Shown: positions 1 to 11,018, counted from the stretch's first letter. The stretch is 64,000 nt of DNA from an uncultured Planctomycetota bacterium (GCA_963719315.1 CAVRBU010000001.1:448001-512000); one strand, 5' to 3'. The notes: generated by a model from the letters alone, not told the origin. Numbers and translations are program-made.

Positions 1-429
1 CAACAATGGTGCGGTACACCTGAAGACGTGGTCCAGGAAGCGTTTATCCGGTTAATGCATCAGCGGCCGCTGCCAGACAATGTGGTCGGGTGGCTTTATC
101 GCGTGGTCCGCAATGGAGCTATCAGCGCATCGCGCGCCGCTTCGCGGCGAACACGTCATGAAACATCGGCGGCCGGCGAGCGAGACTCGTGGTTTAAGCC
201 GGCTATGGAAGAAGCTTTGGACGCAGGCGTTGCGGCCGCCGCTCTCGATGCGTTGCCGATCGAAGATCGTGAAATCATCGTCTTGCGAATATGGGCTGGC
301 CGTTCGTTCGAAGAGATCGGCCAGCTCATCGGAAAATCGACCAGCACTGCGCATCGCCGATTTGAGAACGCACTCCAAACATTACGGCAAGCTTGTACGT
401 CGCAAATGAATCAGGATACCCAGAAATGA
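1..429 (+). CDS. ECF-type RNA polymerase sigma-70 factor (5' truncated by window edge)
   Basis: Open frame from base 1 (QQWCGTPEDVVQEAF...GWLYRVVRN) is region 2; LDALPIEDREIIVLRIWAGRSFEEIGQLIGKSTSTAHRR is the region 4 HTH. Confidence 0.9.
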   Translation, partial: QQWCGTPEDVVQEAFIRLMHQRPLPDNVVGWLYRVVRNGAISASRAASRRTRHETSAAGERDSWFKPAMEEALDAGVAAAALDALPIEDREIIVLRIWAGRSFEEIGQLIGKSTSTAHRRFENALQTLRQACTSQMNQDTQK

Positions 430-1019
430 ACGATGATCCCAACGGCGCCGGTCATAGCGAACCACGTCTCAATGCCGAACTAACTCGCTTTGCAGCCGAT
501 CTCGCCCGCCTGCGACCGCGCGATGATCGCCTCGACCGCGAACGACTTGCGTTTCTCGCGGGTCGAGCCTCGGCAGCTGGCAGATCTTGCGATATTGCTG
601 TTCGTGACCGCGGCCGGCTCCGCCGTTTCACTTGGCCGGTTGCATTCGCTGCGATGTCCGCCGTAGCGGTCTCGTTGCTAATCGCGCTTGTTTCGAGAAC
701 GCAATTGCCGCAGATCGCAAGCGAACCCGCTTTTGCGCATCAGCCTCGACAAACTAAGCAATCCGCCGGTGGCCGTCCGAGCTCAACTTCCGTATTGTCG
801 ACACGAGATATACAGCGGGCAGACCTCGCGGGTCGTCTGGCTCGAATGGAAACCGACGCCCTTTTGCTCCACGAAGCCCCCCACAACACTTCCAACCAGC
901 GTCCCCCGATTCTGCGGACGAGTTCGTGGCAACAAGCGCTTGAAGAAGGGGAAGTGATATCCCGCTCGCGTTCGGGCGCATCAAATCGAACCCAATTTCA
1001 GGGAGCCACAAGTTCATGA
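426..1019 (+). CDS. Putative membrane-anchored anti-sigma factor
   Basis: ATGA overlap with the sigma stop; one TM segment (WPVAFAAMSAVAVSLLIALV); position directly after an ECF gene. Confidence 0.6.
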   Translation: MNDDPNGAGHSEPRLNAELTRFAADLARLRPRDDRLDRERLAFLAGRASAAGRSCDIAVRDRGRLRRFTWPVAFAAMSAVAVSLLIALVSRTQLPQIASEPAFAHQPRQTKQSAGGRPSSTSVLSTRDIQRADLAGRLARMETDALLLHEAPHNTSNQRPPILRTSSWQQALEEGEVISRSRSGASNRTQFQGATSS

Positions 1020-2442
1020 ATTCCTATCGCACGCTATTTCTGTTCGGCACGTTGTTAACCGTGTCGCTGGCCGCAACAACTGTTTGTGCCAAAGATTCGC
1101 AGCCGCCCAATGGTAGCCAGCGGCCCGTGAAAATACTGCTGCACCCGATGCCCGAGCCGTCTCCAGCGCTGAAGTACCGGCTGCTTCCAACGCGGCTTGG
1201 AGCAGAAACGCGAGAATGCTGCCGTTTTCTACGGGAAAGTGACCGCCGAGGAACACCCTTTTTTTAGCGACAAATGGCTGCACGAAAGAATCGTGGAATG
1301 GCAAGCGGCGCCGCTTGAGTCTCTCCGTGGTGGAAAAGTGAACCTGCCAAGTCAGGGGGGAATTGAAGAATCGTTGCGGCGCCGCGCGCAATGCATGGAT
1401 TGCGATTGGCAGCTTCCGATTAACGACGTTCCCTACTATTCCATTTTGCTTCCAGAAATTCAACAAAGCCGTGACTTCGGCCGGATTTTGGCCGCCCGGG
1501 CTCGCATCCAAATGGCAGATGGACAGTATGAAGATTCAATCTCCACGCTCCGCACTGGATTTGCTCTTGGCCGAAATGTTGCCCGCGGTGAAACTCTCGT
1601 GCAGGGCTTGGTCGGTAATGTTATCTGCGAGTTGATGGCCTATCAACTCCTCGATTTGCTCCAGCAACCAAAGGCTCCTAATCTGTATTGGGCCTTGACT
1701 GTATTGCCATACCCGCTGATCAACGTCAGGGCGGGCCTTGACGTGGAGCGGATGGCACTTGAACTGAGTTATCCAGAACTTCACAACTCGGAAACTGCGA
1801 ACCTCACTCCTGATCAATGGCGTGCGCAATATCTGAGAATCTTTTCGCAAGAGCTCGGCCTGCAGCTTGGCATGAAAGAGTCGCCCAAATGGCCTTCCGC
1901 CGATCAAATCGAAGAGCGCTGCAAGGATCGACTCGATGATGCCAAGCGATTTCTTATCCGCAATGGCTTGGGAGAGGACGCGGTGCAGAAAATGGCTCCG
2001 TATCAAGTGGCGAGCATATACTCATTGCAAGTCTTCCACGCCTATTTAGACGACGCGGCGAAAGTGTACAACCTTCCATATCGCGTTGCGGCTGCTTCAA
2101 TGGATGAAACGATCAATCGGCTGCGACGTGATCGCGTGGAAATTGTGCCCGTTGCTGAGCGCGATACTCGAATCAATCCGATCGACCCGAAGCGCATTGA
2201 TGCGTGTCGATCGAGAGATTGCCGTGTTGCGGACCCTTGAAGCACTCCGGCTACACGCGGCCGCGACGAACGGCCAACTTCCACAGCGACTCACGGAAAT
2301 TACCGAAGTACCTGTCCCCGACGATCCCGTGACGTGCAAGCCATTCACCTTTCGTCGCGACGGTGACAAGGCATTCCTCGAAGGTCCAACCTTCCGCGAC
2401 GTTCCGCTGAGCTACGAAATCACAATGGCAGCCTCAAAATAG
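1016..2442 (+). CDS. Secreted hypothetical protein, split by two apparent frameshifts (~1195, ~2165)
   Basis: Signal peptide in 1016..1267, body in 1197..2240, C-terminus (LRTLEALRLHAA...VPVPDDPVTCKPF) in 2086..2442; ATGA overlap with the upstream gene. Confidence 0.7.
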
Positions 2443-2447
2443 CGCGT

Positions 2448-2610
2448 CGGGTGCCACTCGCCGCGGCGAGTGCTCATCCCGTGAATAGCTTGCGGTTCGC
2501 GATCGAGCGGCGATTTCCGAAACGGACTTATAGCGTTAACCCGGTACGATGGGCTTACCGCACAGAGCAGACTGGTAACCAAACGCGAGATGCAGCTTTT
2601 GCCGGACCAA
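2448..2610. repeat. ~160-bp intergenic repeat, copy 1
   Basis: Shares blocks AGCTTGCGGTTCGC, GACTTATAGCGTTAACCCGGTACGA and GCGAGATGCAGCTTTTGCCGGACCAA with 3218..3378; begins with hairpin CACTCGCC-GC-GGCGAGTG. Confidence 0.9.
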
Positions 2611-2654
2611 TTTAACTTCCGACATCTGAACCCTAACCCCTGAACCCCGACCCC

Positions 2655-3053
2655 TCACAACTTGCGATACTGCTCGTCGCTCACGTGTTCCATCCACTCT
2701 ACGGCCTTGTCGTCGAGCTTCTCCTGCACCGCGATGTGGGTCATCGCCATCGTGGCCGACGCCCCGTGCCAGTGCTTCTCGCCCGGCGGGAACCACACCA
2801 CGTCGCCCGTCCGAATTTCCTCGACCGGCTCGCCCCACCGCTGCACCCAGCCACAGCCGGCCGTAATGATCAACGTCTGACCGAGCGGATGCGTGTGCCA
2901 CGCCGTCCGCGCGCCCGGCTCGAACGTGACACGAGCGCCAGCCACTCGCGCCGGTGCCGGCGCATCGAGCAGCGGATCGATCCGAACCGAGCCCGTGAAC
3001 CAATCTGCCGGCCCTTCGCGAGACGGCTGCGAACCTTTTCGTTTAATCTCCAT
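2655..3053 (-). CDS. Cupin domain protein
   Basis: Cupin metal motifs [20 protein letters not shown] and [16 protein letters not shown]. Confidence 0.9.
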   Translation of the reverse strand: MEIKRKGSQPSREGPADWFTGSVRIDPLLDAPAPARVAGARVTFEPGARTAWHTHPLGQTLIITAGCGWVQRWGEPVEEIRTGDVVWFPPGEKHWHGASATMAMTHIAVQEKLDDKAVEWMEHVSDEQYRKL

Positions 3054-3217
3054 TTGTTGAATTCCTTATACGATGCCAACCGTTGTCCATCGCTCATTTG
3101 AATTGAAGGCAGTGATCGCTCCAACACCCTGCAAAATTCGCGCCGTTCGCCCTTCCATTTCGAGCGACAACTTGTCGAATCGTCGTCGGTGCCGATCGCC
3201 AAAAGCTCAACCGGTGC

Positions 3218-3378
3218 CGGGTGCCATTGGCCGTGGCGAGTACACTTCCCGTAAACAGCTTGCGGTTCGCAATCGAGCGGCGCTTTCCGAAATAGACTTA
3301 TAGCGTTAACCCGGTACGACGGGTTTGCCGCACAGCGGACCCGTCATCGTAAGCGAGATGCAGCTTTTGCCGGACCAA
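3218..3378. repeat. ~160-bp intergenic repeat, copy 2 (direct orientation)
   Basis: Aligns by eye with 2448..2610. Confidence 0.9.
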
Positions 3379-3591
3379 ATAGCGGGCAAAAAATGCCCGC
3401 AGCAAACACCTGTTCCCATGCTGCACGCTGCCGCCGCGTTCCCAAGGCCCTGACACCCGAAACCGCCGACATTCGCCCACCAGCCGCTCTATTCGTCGGC
3501 GTCTGCGCCGACTCAACGGAATAAGTCTTCAGCAAGATTCCCGTGGTACAATGACGGCGAGGCAAGCTGCCTACCCCCGGGAGATGCTGGC

Positions 3592-4966
3592 ATGAATCGA
3601 AATCTGAGTTGTACCGTCACCCTCAGCTTCACCAGCCTGCTGATCATTGCGACCTCTCGGTCACTACGTGCCGACGAGCCACAATCCTTCAAAGTCCCCG
3701 CCGACCCCGTCGCAATCGAGCTCAACAGACTCGCCATTGAGTACGATCGGCTGGAGCAGGATGCTTTCAAAGCCACACCCGAAGGCCTCGACGGTGGCGG
3801 AAAACCTGCAGACGAAACGCTGTCCGACGAAGAATGGCTCAAGCAGGGCCGCGAGCTCGAAGCGAAGTCCATTGATCCCGATGCCGAAATGCTTCCGCGC
3901 TTCTTGGAACTAGCAAAAAAACACCCGGAATCTCCTTACGCATTCGACGCGCTTTTCTTCGTGATCCGCCGCGGCGGCCCTCAAACGGGCAACGTTTACG
4001 GCAAACCTTGGCAGCTGAAAGAAGAAGCGCTCGATCTCGTCGGGAAGTCGCACGTGAATGACCCGCGCCTGTTCATCGTCCTCGAACAGCTCGGCGGAGC
4101 CTTACCCTCCCACAAAACCGAAACATTCCTAAAGCGGGTAATGGACGACGGCCCCGACAAAAACGCGCAAGCTGCCGCCGCGTACAATCTCGCCCGCTAT
4201 TACGGAACATTCGCTCACGCCCACCAGCGATTGCAACAGATCAACCTGAAAGAACATCTGCTGAACTTTGAGCGATACTGGAAAATCGTGATCACTCCCT
4301 ATTTGGTAAAGCGGTTTCCGCTCGACGAGGAACACAACTCAGCAGAAATCGATCGGCTACTCCGCCTCGTCGCCGACAAATATGCCGATGTCCCCGCATC
4401 CGACTGGAAGCTTTCCGGCCCCGGCAAAATATTCGTCGAGATAACGCCCTTCCCCAAGCCCAAAACCTACGGCGACCTGGCTCGGGCGATGTCGTTCGAA
4501 CTGAACAACATTGTCCCCGGCAAACCGGCGCCGGAAATCGAAGGCACTGACGCCGACGGCAAACCCTTTCTTCTCAGCGATTACAAAGGCAAGGTCGTCT
4601 TACTGACCTTCTCGGCCAACTGGTGCGGTAACTGCGTCGAGCTTCATCCCATGGAGCGCAAACTTAGTCGAAAAATATCGCGGCCGCCCGTTCGTTATGC
4701 TCGGCGTGAACCGCGACGAGAAAATCGACACGCTCAAAGCCGATACCGATTCGGGTGAAATCACCTGGCGCTGCTGGTGGGACGGAATGTACGGCCCCAT
4801 ACGCGAAACTTGGAACGCAAACGGCATCCCTCGCCTCATCCTGCTCGACGATAAACACACATTCTAAAATATCGCCCTAAGCCGGTTCACGACGCAGGAA
4901 GAACTCGAAAAAGCGATCGACGCACTGCTGAAACAAGTTCCGACTGGCAACACGCCACTTCCATAG
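3592..4966 (+). CDS. Secreted TlpA/redoxin-family thiol-disulfide oxidoreductase with long N-terminal helical region; frameshifted near 4665 and 4860
   Basis: Signal peptide; GKPAPEIEGTDADGKPFLLSDYKGKVVLLTFSANWCGNC; alternative frame continues KYRGRPFVMLGVN...WNANGIPRLILLD. Confidence 0.8.
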
Positions 4967-5048
4967 TTTCGGCCTTCCATCCCACTCAACGCGACGCACC
5001 TGGATCGAGGCCCACAACGCGAGCAAGAGTCATACTCAACGTGTAGGA

Positions 5049-5113
5049 TGCCACTCGCCGCGGTAATTACTCTTATTGCGAATAGCTTGGGGCACGAAGT
5101 CGAGCCAGCGATT
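5049..5113. repeat. Degenerate partial third copy of the 160-bp repeat
   Basis: TGCCACTCGCCGCGG...GAATAGCTTG...TCGAGC..GCGATT matches the first ~65 bp of copy 1. Confidence 0.55.
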
Positions 5114-5132
5114 CCAATTTTAACCTCGCGAA

Positions 5133-6695
5133 TCAAGTTACTTGGCGATTTACCGCCGCCTCCGCCAGCTCCTTCAACGCCACCCGGTCCACCTTTCCCA
5201 CCGCCGTCGTCGGCATCTCGTCGAGTACGATGATCTCGTCGGGCGCCTTGTAGCCGACGCGCGCCTTGGAAAACTGAATCAGCTCCGCCATCGTCGGTCG
5301 CGGCGCATCGAGACGCAACGTCACGTACGCGCGCACATTTTCACCGTGCACCAAATCGTGAATGCCGATGACGCCCGCGCTGGCGACGGCCGGGTGTTCG
5401 ACTAGCGAGTCTTCCACTTCCTGCGGGCAGATGTTCGAGCCGTCGTGGATGATGATCTGTTTCTTCCGGCCGCGGAACCACAGGTAGTTCTGCTCATCGG
5501 CGGTCACCAGGTCGCCCGTGTCGAGCCAGCCGTCGACGATCGTTTCCGCCGTCGCATCCGGCCGATTCCAATAGCCGATCATATTGCTGGGCGACTTGAT
5601 CCACAGCCGGCCGGTTGTCCCGATGGGCACTTCAGCGCCGTCTTCGCCGCGAACCGAGGCGGTGAACACCGGCGCCATTTGACCAATCGAGCCCACCCGA
5701 TTCCGCGGGCCACTCGGATTGTAGGTTGATGTGCCGGTCTCCGTCATGCCGTAAAGTTCCTCGATCAAGTGGCCGGCGAGCGCTGTGTACTCTTGCTCGA
5801 GCTCCGCTGAAATTTTGTCGCCACCCGACACGCAGCGCCGGATCGAGCGAAAATCCTCGCTCGTTGCACCGTGGTCTCGCGCCAAGGCAAACAACGGGAC
5901 AGGCAGCGAGCACAGCAGCGACGGCCGAGCGTTGCGAATCAGCGGCAGAAGTTCATCGGGTCCAAAAGTTCGCGCCATTGCGACTCGCGCCCCCGCCGCC
6001 AACCCCGCAAACGACAGCGATGAGCACGCCACGTGCGACGCCGACGTCGCCGGCAGAAAAACGTCGTGCGGCGTAATCCCCAGTCCGGCGATCGCGCTCG
6101 CCACCATCCAGCCGAACGTTGTGTGCGTATGCGTCACGCCTTTCGGCTTTCCTGTGCTGCCCGATGTGAAAAAGAGAAACAGCGGTGCGTCAGGCGCTGG
6201 CGCGGGCGGCAAAGGCGCCGACGGGCCATCCACGGTCATCAAATCTTCCAGACGGCGATGCACGCCGCCCGTCGCCTCAAAAGTTATGCGGCCCAGTCGA
6301 AGCTGAGGAACATATTTGCTCGCGGCTAGCACGTCTTCCAGTTCAGCGTGCGCAATCAAAAGTGACGCGCCGCTGACTTCCAAAGCATGGTCGATCTCCG
6401 GTGTTTGGTAACGATAATTGAGCGGCGACGCCACCAGCTCCGCCTTGCAGCACGCCAGGTAATGAACGATCAACTCGCCGCGATTGGGCAGCAGCGAGGC
6501 CACACGATCGCCTGGCACAAGTCCCATGACGCGATACTGCTTGGCGAGCCGCGTGGAATCCTCATCCAATTCCCGCCACGACCAGCTTCGATCCAGCAAC
6601 ACCAGAGCCGCATCGTTCGGCTTGGACTTCAAGCCGACCTCCAGCAAATCCGCAAGCCAGATCGGCCGCTCTAGTTTAGGTCCGGCAATCGCCAC
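5133..6695 (-). CDS. AMP-binding acyl-CoA synthetase/ligase (ANL superfamily)
   Basis: FTSGSTGKPKG, YGMTE, GWLDTGD, GRKK and GKVDR motifs. Confidence 0.93.
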   Translation of the reverse strand: MAIAGPKLERPIWLADLLEVGLKSKPNDAALVLLDRSWSWRELDEDSTRLAKQYRVMGLVPGDRVASLLPNRGELIVHYLACCKAELVASPLNYRYQTPEIDHALEVSGASLLIAHAELEDVLAASKYVPQLRLGRITFEATGGVHRRLEDLMTVDGPSAPLPPAPAPDAPLFLFFTSGSTGKPKGVTHTHTTFGWMVASAIAGLGITPHDVFLPATSASHVACSSLSFAGLAAGARVAMARTFGPDELLPLIRNARPSLLCSLPVPLFALARDHGATSEDFRSIRRCVSGGDKISAELEQEYTALAGHLIEELYGMTETGTSTYNPSGPRNRVGSIGQMAPVFTASVRGEDGAEVPIGTTGRLWIKSPSNMIGYWNRPDATAETIVDGWLDTGDLVTADEQNYLWFRGRKKQIIIHDGSNICPQEVEDSLVEHPAVASAGVIGIHDLVHGENVRAYVTLRLDAPRPTMAELIQFSKARVGYKAPDEIIVLDEMPTTAVGKVDRVALKELAEAAVNRQVT

Positions 6696-6944
6696 TGTGG
6701 TTTCTTCCTATCAAAAGTCGTGGTTATGTGCATAAAAACGCACTGTGGACCCGCATTGCATTCCGCCCAGCATAACATGCCTTGGCAGTCCCAACGAAGA
6801 ATGAGTCAATCCCCAATTCTTGGCCGCTCGTAAAAGAGCTGCTCAACTTCCCCTCGCCGAGCAAGACGACTACACTCAACTGCAGCGCGACAGCGCATTT
6901 TGATGGTGAATCAGTTACAATAACGCAGAATACCCGGCGATCTT

Positions 6945-7981
6945 ATGATCGTAGGATCGATGCAAGACCAGGCTGTTGTCAACTTCGGACCCGAGAAACA
7001 CAGCGTTGAGCTGCGTGAGATTCCGCGCGCCACGATCCGCGATGGCGAGGTGTTGCTCGAAGTGCAAGCCGTCGGCGTCTGCGGCAGCGACTTGCACATG
7101 TGGACCGGCCAACAAAGCTGGCCGATGAAATACCCGGTTGTTCTCGGCCACGAATTCTGCGGTGTGATTCGCGAAGTCGGCCACAACGTTACGGGCTGGG
7201 CTGCAGGCGATCGCGTCGTCTCCGAAACGGCAGCGGTAGTCGACGCAGATAGCCCGCTGACGCGCGAGGGGCGCTACAACCTCGACCCCAATCGTCGCGG
7301 ATACGGCGCCATCATCGACGGCGCCATGCGGCGGTTTGTCCCGGTGCCCACGCGAATACTGCATCGCATGCCACCGGGCATGGCGTTCGAGCAGGCGGCA
7401 CTCACGGAGCCGTGCTGCGTCGCCTTCAACGCCGTCGTGAACAACGCGCACATTCGTCCGGGCGATCGAATTGTGGTACTCGGTCCGGGGCCCATTGGTG
7501 TGCTGTGCGGTGCGATTGCCCGATTGTGCGGGGCGGAAGTGGCGATTGTCGGTCTGGAGAACGATCGCGCTCGCCTCGACGTGGCGGCGCAGTACGGCTG
7601 TGAACCAATCATTGGTGACGCGACAACCTGGTCGCAAACGGTAGACGGCCTTGGCGCCGATGGTGTCGTGGATGCGACCGGGGTATCCGTCGCGCTTTCG
7701 GCGGCGCTGGATCTCGTGCGCCCGGCGGCTGGATTAGCAAAGTCGGCTGGGGCCCCCAGCCGCTCGGCTTCTCGCTCGATCGGCTCGTGCAGAAAAACGT
7801 CACGCTCCAAGGCAGTTTCAGCCACAACTGGCCGATCTGGGAGCGGGTCATACACTTGATCGCTTCCGGCGCGCTCGACGTGCGGCCAATCACGGGCGGC
7901 ATCTGGCCTCTCGTCGAGTGGCACGAGGCGTTTGAAACCATGCACTCCGGCCGAATCGTCAAGGCGATTCTAAAGCCGTAA
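6945..7981 (+). CDS. Zinc-dependent alcohol dehydrogenase (MDR family); frameshift near 7725
   Basis: GVCGSDLH, GHEF, LTEPCC and GPGPIG motifs; C-terminus in 7787..7981. Confidence 0.9.
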
Positions 7982-8088
7982 TCAGGTCTGAAACTTTCAG
8001 GATTCTTATCAGGTAACAGTTTAGCCGATTGAAGTTGTCGCGATGGACGTCTTCGAGGGTCGTTCAACGACCCTTGCCCAACGGCTGC

Positions 8089-8265
8089 GGTCTTAGGCCC
8101 GCCGTTTACGGCGGGTCCATGAGGTGCCGAAACACGATGGGGAGCCCCATCCATGGGGCTTCTCGCTTTTCGTCTCAAGCCATCGCCGCGAGAAGCCCTG
8201 TAAACAGGGCTTGGTGCTGCTCCGTGGGCCCTCACCAACCCGTCGTCAACGACGGGCCTAAGACC
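8089..8265. repeat. Nested inverted REP-like (REPIN-like) element
   Basis: Outer arms GGTCTTAGGCCCGCCGTTTACGGCGGGT and ACCCGTCGTCAACGACGGGCCTAAGACC; inner palindromes GAGCCCCATCCATGGGGCTTCTCGC and GCGAGAAGCCCTGTAAACAGGGCTT. Confidence 0.8.
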
Positions 8266-8691
8266 ACCTTCGGTGGAAAGAGCCGTGAACGGCTCTGCAA
8301 ACCGCGAAAAAATTACCAGCTTCAAAAGTGCTCACAGAATTCGAGCGTTTTCAGAAAAAAACCAACCCACCGCGTCAATTCTTCGGGCCTCCTGCAGCAG
8401 AGCTACTTTCAGGTAAACGCGCTATTCTCGCGATTCGCATTCATAACCGGAATATCTTTCCCGGCTTGACGTAAGCCATTCTGTTTAACCAAAGCTCGCC
8501 GTTTGTGCGGGCTTGGAAATATCTCCAGTTTCTGCCGCTTCTGCCGTCCACGCTTCCACCGCCAAAGAAACCGGTGCTGGCGGTCGATCCGGTGGAACGG
8601 GGCACAACATTGTTTCCCAATCTCCTCAAGACGGCGTCTAAGGAAGGATTGCCGTCTGTGCCAGCAAATACCGCTTAGTCAGGGAGTCGAC

Positions 8692-9885
8692 ATGAAACAC
8701 ACATTGATCAGATCGCTTATTGCCTCGGCATGCGTGGCGCTCGCATTGACAGTAGGAGCAGTCTCGCCCGCCCCAGCAGAGGACCACGTTATTCGCCAAT
8801 CGCCAGAAAAATACGAGAACATTTTTCTGGGTGAAATCGAAACCACGAATTATGCCGAGTTCCGTTCGGAACCCGGCGTTGTCGGAGAGGTCGAGCTCGT
8901 ACGCGAGCGCTACCCGGACGGCAAGGTTCGGGTCGAACGTCAGGTGACTCTGGACGGCGAGGGCAACTACGTCAACCACGGCGCGTGGAAGCAGTATTCG
9001 ACCAAGGGCGATGTAGTGGCCGAAGGTCAGTACAGCTTTGGTCAGCGCGTCGGTATGTGGACCCATTGGATCGGCCGCAACGATTCAAAGCTTCTCAGCC
9101 AATACCCGTACAAGCAGTTCAAAGCACCTTTCATGTCACAGGTGAACTTCACCGACGGCAAAATGGAAGGCGATTGGATCGTCACCGACGCCAACGAGCA
9201 AAAAGTGCTGGCGATCTCGCTCAAGGCGGGCGAGCGCAATGGCACGGCAACGACCTGGTTGCCCAATGGCAAAGTCTTTTGGCAGATGACTTACGACCAG
9301 TCGGTGCCGGTCGGCGACATGCTCGAAATCAATCCGAAGACCGGCGAATTGATCGTTGCCGCGACGATTGATCGTGGCCGCAAGATCGTCACCAAGACAG
9401 ATTACTATCCGCGCAACAAGCAGATGAAGTCGCAGATCAACTATCTGGCGGCGAAATCGATCGAACAGTCCCAGGATGATTTCTGGTCGATGAAACTGGC
9501 GCAGTACGGCACGGAAGGCGACGACGTTCGGCACGGAGCGGCCAAAACGTGGTTCGCCAATGGCCAGCTCGAGCAGGAGGGCTTCTACACCAACGATAAG
9601 AAAACCGGCACGTTTACGTACTGGCACAAAAACGGCCAGATGGCTACGACCGGCGAATATCGTGATGACCAGGCCGACGGCACGTGGGTCTGGTGGCATG
9701 AGAACGGCCAGAAGTCGGCCGTTGGGAAGTACGAGCAAGGCAAACTCGTCGGCGATTGGCGATGGTGGGACGACCAAGGCAAGCTGACCAAGCAGCAAAC
9801 CTACACGGGCACCGAATCGGTTTCGACCGAGAATGAAGAGCACGTCGATGTCTCGCATCGTGCGGCCCGCGGCTCACGCCGCTAA
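8692..9885 (+). CDS. Secreted MORN-variant repeat (YwqK-like) protein
   Basis: RBS GGGAG; signal peptide; repeated units such as HGAAKTWFANGQ, GTFTYWHKNGQ, GTWVWWHENGQ. Confidence 0.85.
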   Translation: MKHTLIRSLIASACVALALTVGAVSPAPAEDHVIRQSPEKYENIFLGEIETTNYAEFRSEPGVVGEVELVRERYPDGKVRVERQVTLDGEGNYVNHGAWKQYSTKGDVVAEGQYSFGQRVGMWTHWIGRNDSKLLSQYPYKQFKAPFMSQVNFTDGKMEGDWIVTDANEQKVLAISLKAGERNGTATTWLPNGKVFWQMTYDQSVPVGDMLEINPKTGELIVAATIDRGRKIVTKTDYYPRNKQMKSQINYLAAKSIEQSQDDFWSMKLAQYGTEGDDVRHGAAKTWFANGQLEQEGFYTNDKKTGTFTYWHKNGQMATTGEYRDDQADGTWVWWHENGQKSAVGKYEQGKLVGDWRWWDDQGKLTKQQTYTGTESVSTENEEHVDVSHRAARGSRR

Positions 9886-9944
9886 CCGATACCCGTACGA
9901 CTTACCTGCATCGTAACTCGCAAGATTAACTTTTTCCCTGACTC

Positions 9945-9981
9945 AGCCCCGCCCGGACTATTCTCCGCGCGGGGCTTTGTT
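9945..9981 (+). terminator. Probable intrinsic terminator
   Basis: AGCCCCGC...GCGGGGCT stem followed by T-rich run. Confidence 0.55.
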
Positions 9982-10121
9982 GCTAGCTGTACTGTTTTGT
10001 CGGTGGATCGCAACGCGCGCGATGTCTTGCACTACCTTCGCCATTTTGCTATCACTCTCCGTTCCGATTCATAGTTCGACCTCGTAGTAATCAGGGGTCG
10101 GCCTCATGCGGAGGGTCGATC

Positions 10122-11018
10122 GTGCGCCGTGCGCTCATTTCGGTTGGACTGCTGCTCTTGTCCTCGGCAATGCTGGATGCCGAGTCCGTTCCGATGGCGG
10201 TGCCGGGTCAGCAACTGCCGCCGCCAGGAACAACGCAAATTGTCGGTCCGCCTAATCGCGAGTTCGCGCCCAACGCGGTCGATCAACCGTTGACGGCCTA
10301 CCCCGATCCAATGGGCGAGCCTCCCTGGTGCGAGTCGCCCTACCGCAACAGCGCCTGGCGATTCGAACTCAGCTTTATTCCGACGGTTGCCAACATTTCC
10401 GACCAGGCCTTTGGCGATTGGGAGAATAACGGCGGCGGCGCACTGCGGCTAGGTCTCGGTTACGAAGGATGTGACGGGTATGGCACACGGCTGCAATTTT
10501 GGGGGTTTGGCCAGGAGGCCGACACACCTGTAAGCGACGTTGATCTCGGCGCCTCGACATTCTATTGGGATTTCTACAAACGGTTCTTTGTCGAAGATGC
10601 CGAGCTGGTGCTGGGCGGAGGCATCGCGGGAAGCTTTTTGGAATACGACCTTAAATCGCTAAACGAGGACGCCAACTTCAGCGGCGGCGGCATCAGCGTA
10701 TTCGGCGAAGGGTTCTATCCGCTTCTGCGATTTCAGAAGACCGACATCGGCTCAATCGCCCGGGCCCGGCTCGCGTTACTTTCCGGCCGATGGGAAGACA
10801 ACGGCACGCCGTTTATCAACGACACCGACCACGACGTGATGTCGATCCTCGAGTTGGCGTGGGGCCTGGAACTCCGACGCCGCTTCGGCCGTTTGCAGGA
10901 CAAATACTGGTATATCGATATCGTGCCGGAATTTCAGCGGTGGGATAGTGCATCACTGCCCGACGCCTTCGACCCGGGTTTTCAGGGCACGAACTTCAGT
11001 TTCGGGATGGCTTGGTAG
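10122..11018 (+). CDS. Putative outer-membrane beta-barrel protein
   Basis: Signal peptide, Pro-rich linker, alternating amphipathic strands, C-terminal aromatic beta-signal (FSFGMAW). Confidence 0.65.
   Translation: MRRALISVGLLLLSSAMLDAESVPMAVPGQQLPPPGTTQIVGPPNREFAPNAVDQPLTAYPDPMGEPPWCESPYRNSAWRFELSFIPTVANISDQAFGDWENNGGGALRLGLGYEGCDGYGTRLQFWGFGQEADTPVSDVDLGASTFYWDFYKRFFVEDAELVLGGGIAGSFLEYDLKSLNEDANFSGGGISVFGEGFYPLLRFQKTDIGSIARARLALLSGRWEDNGTPFINDTDHDVMSILELAWGLELRRRFGRLQDKYWYIDIVPEFQRWDSASLPDAFDPGFQGTNFSFGMAW

Noticed and set aside
2448..3378. 160-bp repeats as integron attC sites or IS ends
   Set aside because: No clear RYYYAAC/GTTRRRY ends enclosing a full palindrome; no integrase or transposase adjacent
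8503..8690. c-di-GMP-I riboswitch in the leader
   Set aside because: A GTCTAAG hairpin is present, but the GCAAA/GAAA P1-P2 pattern could not be matched
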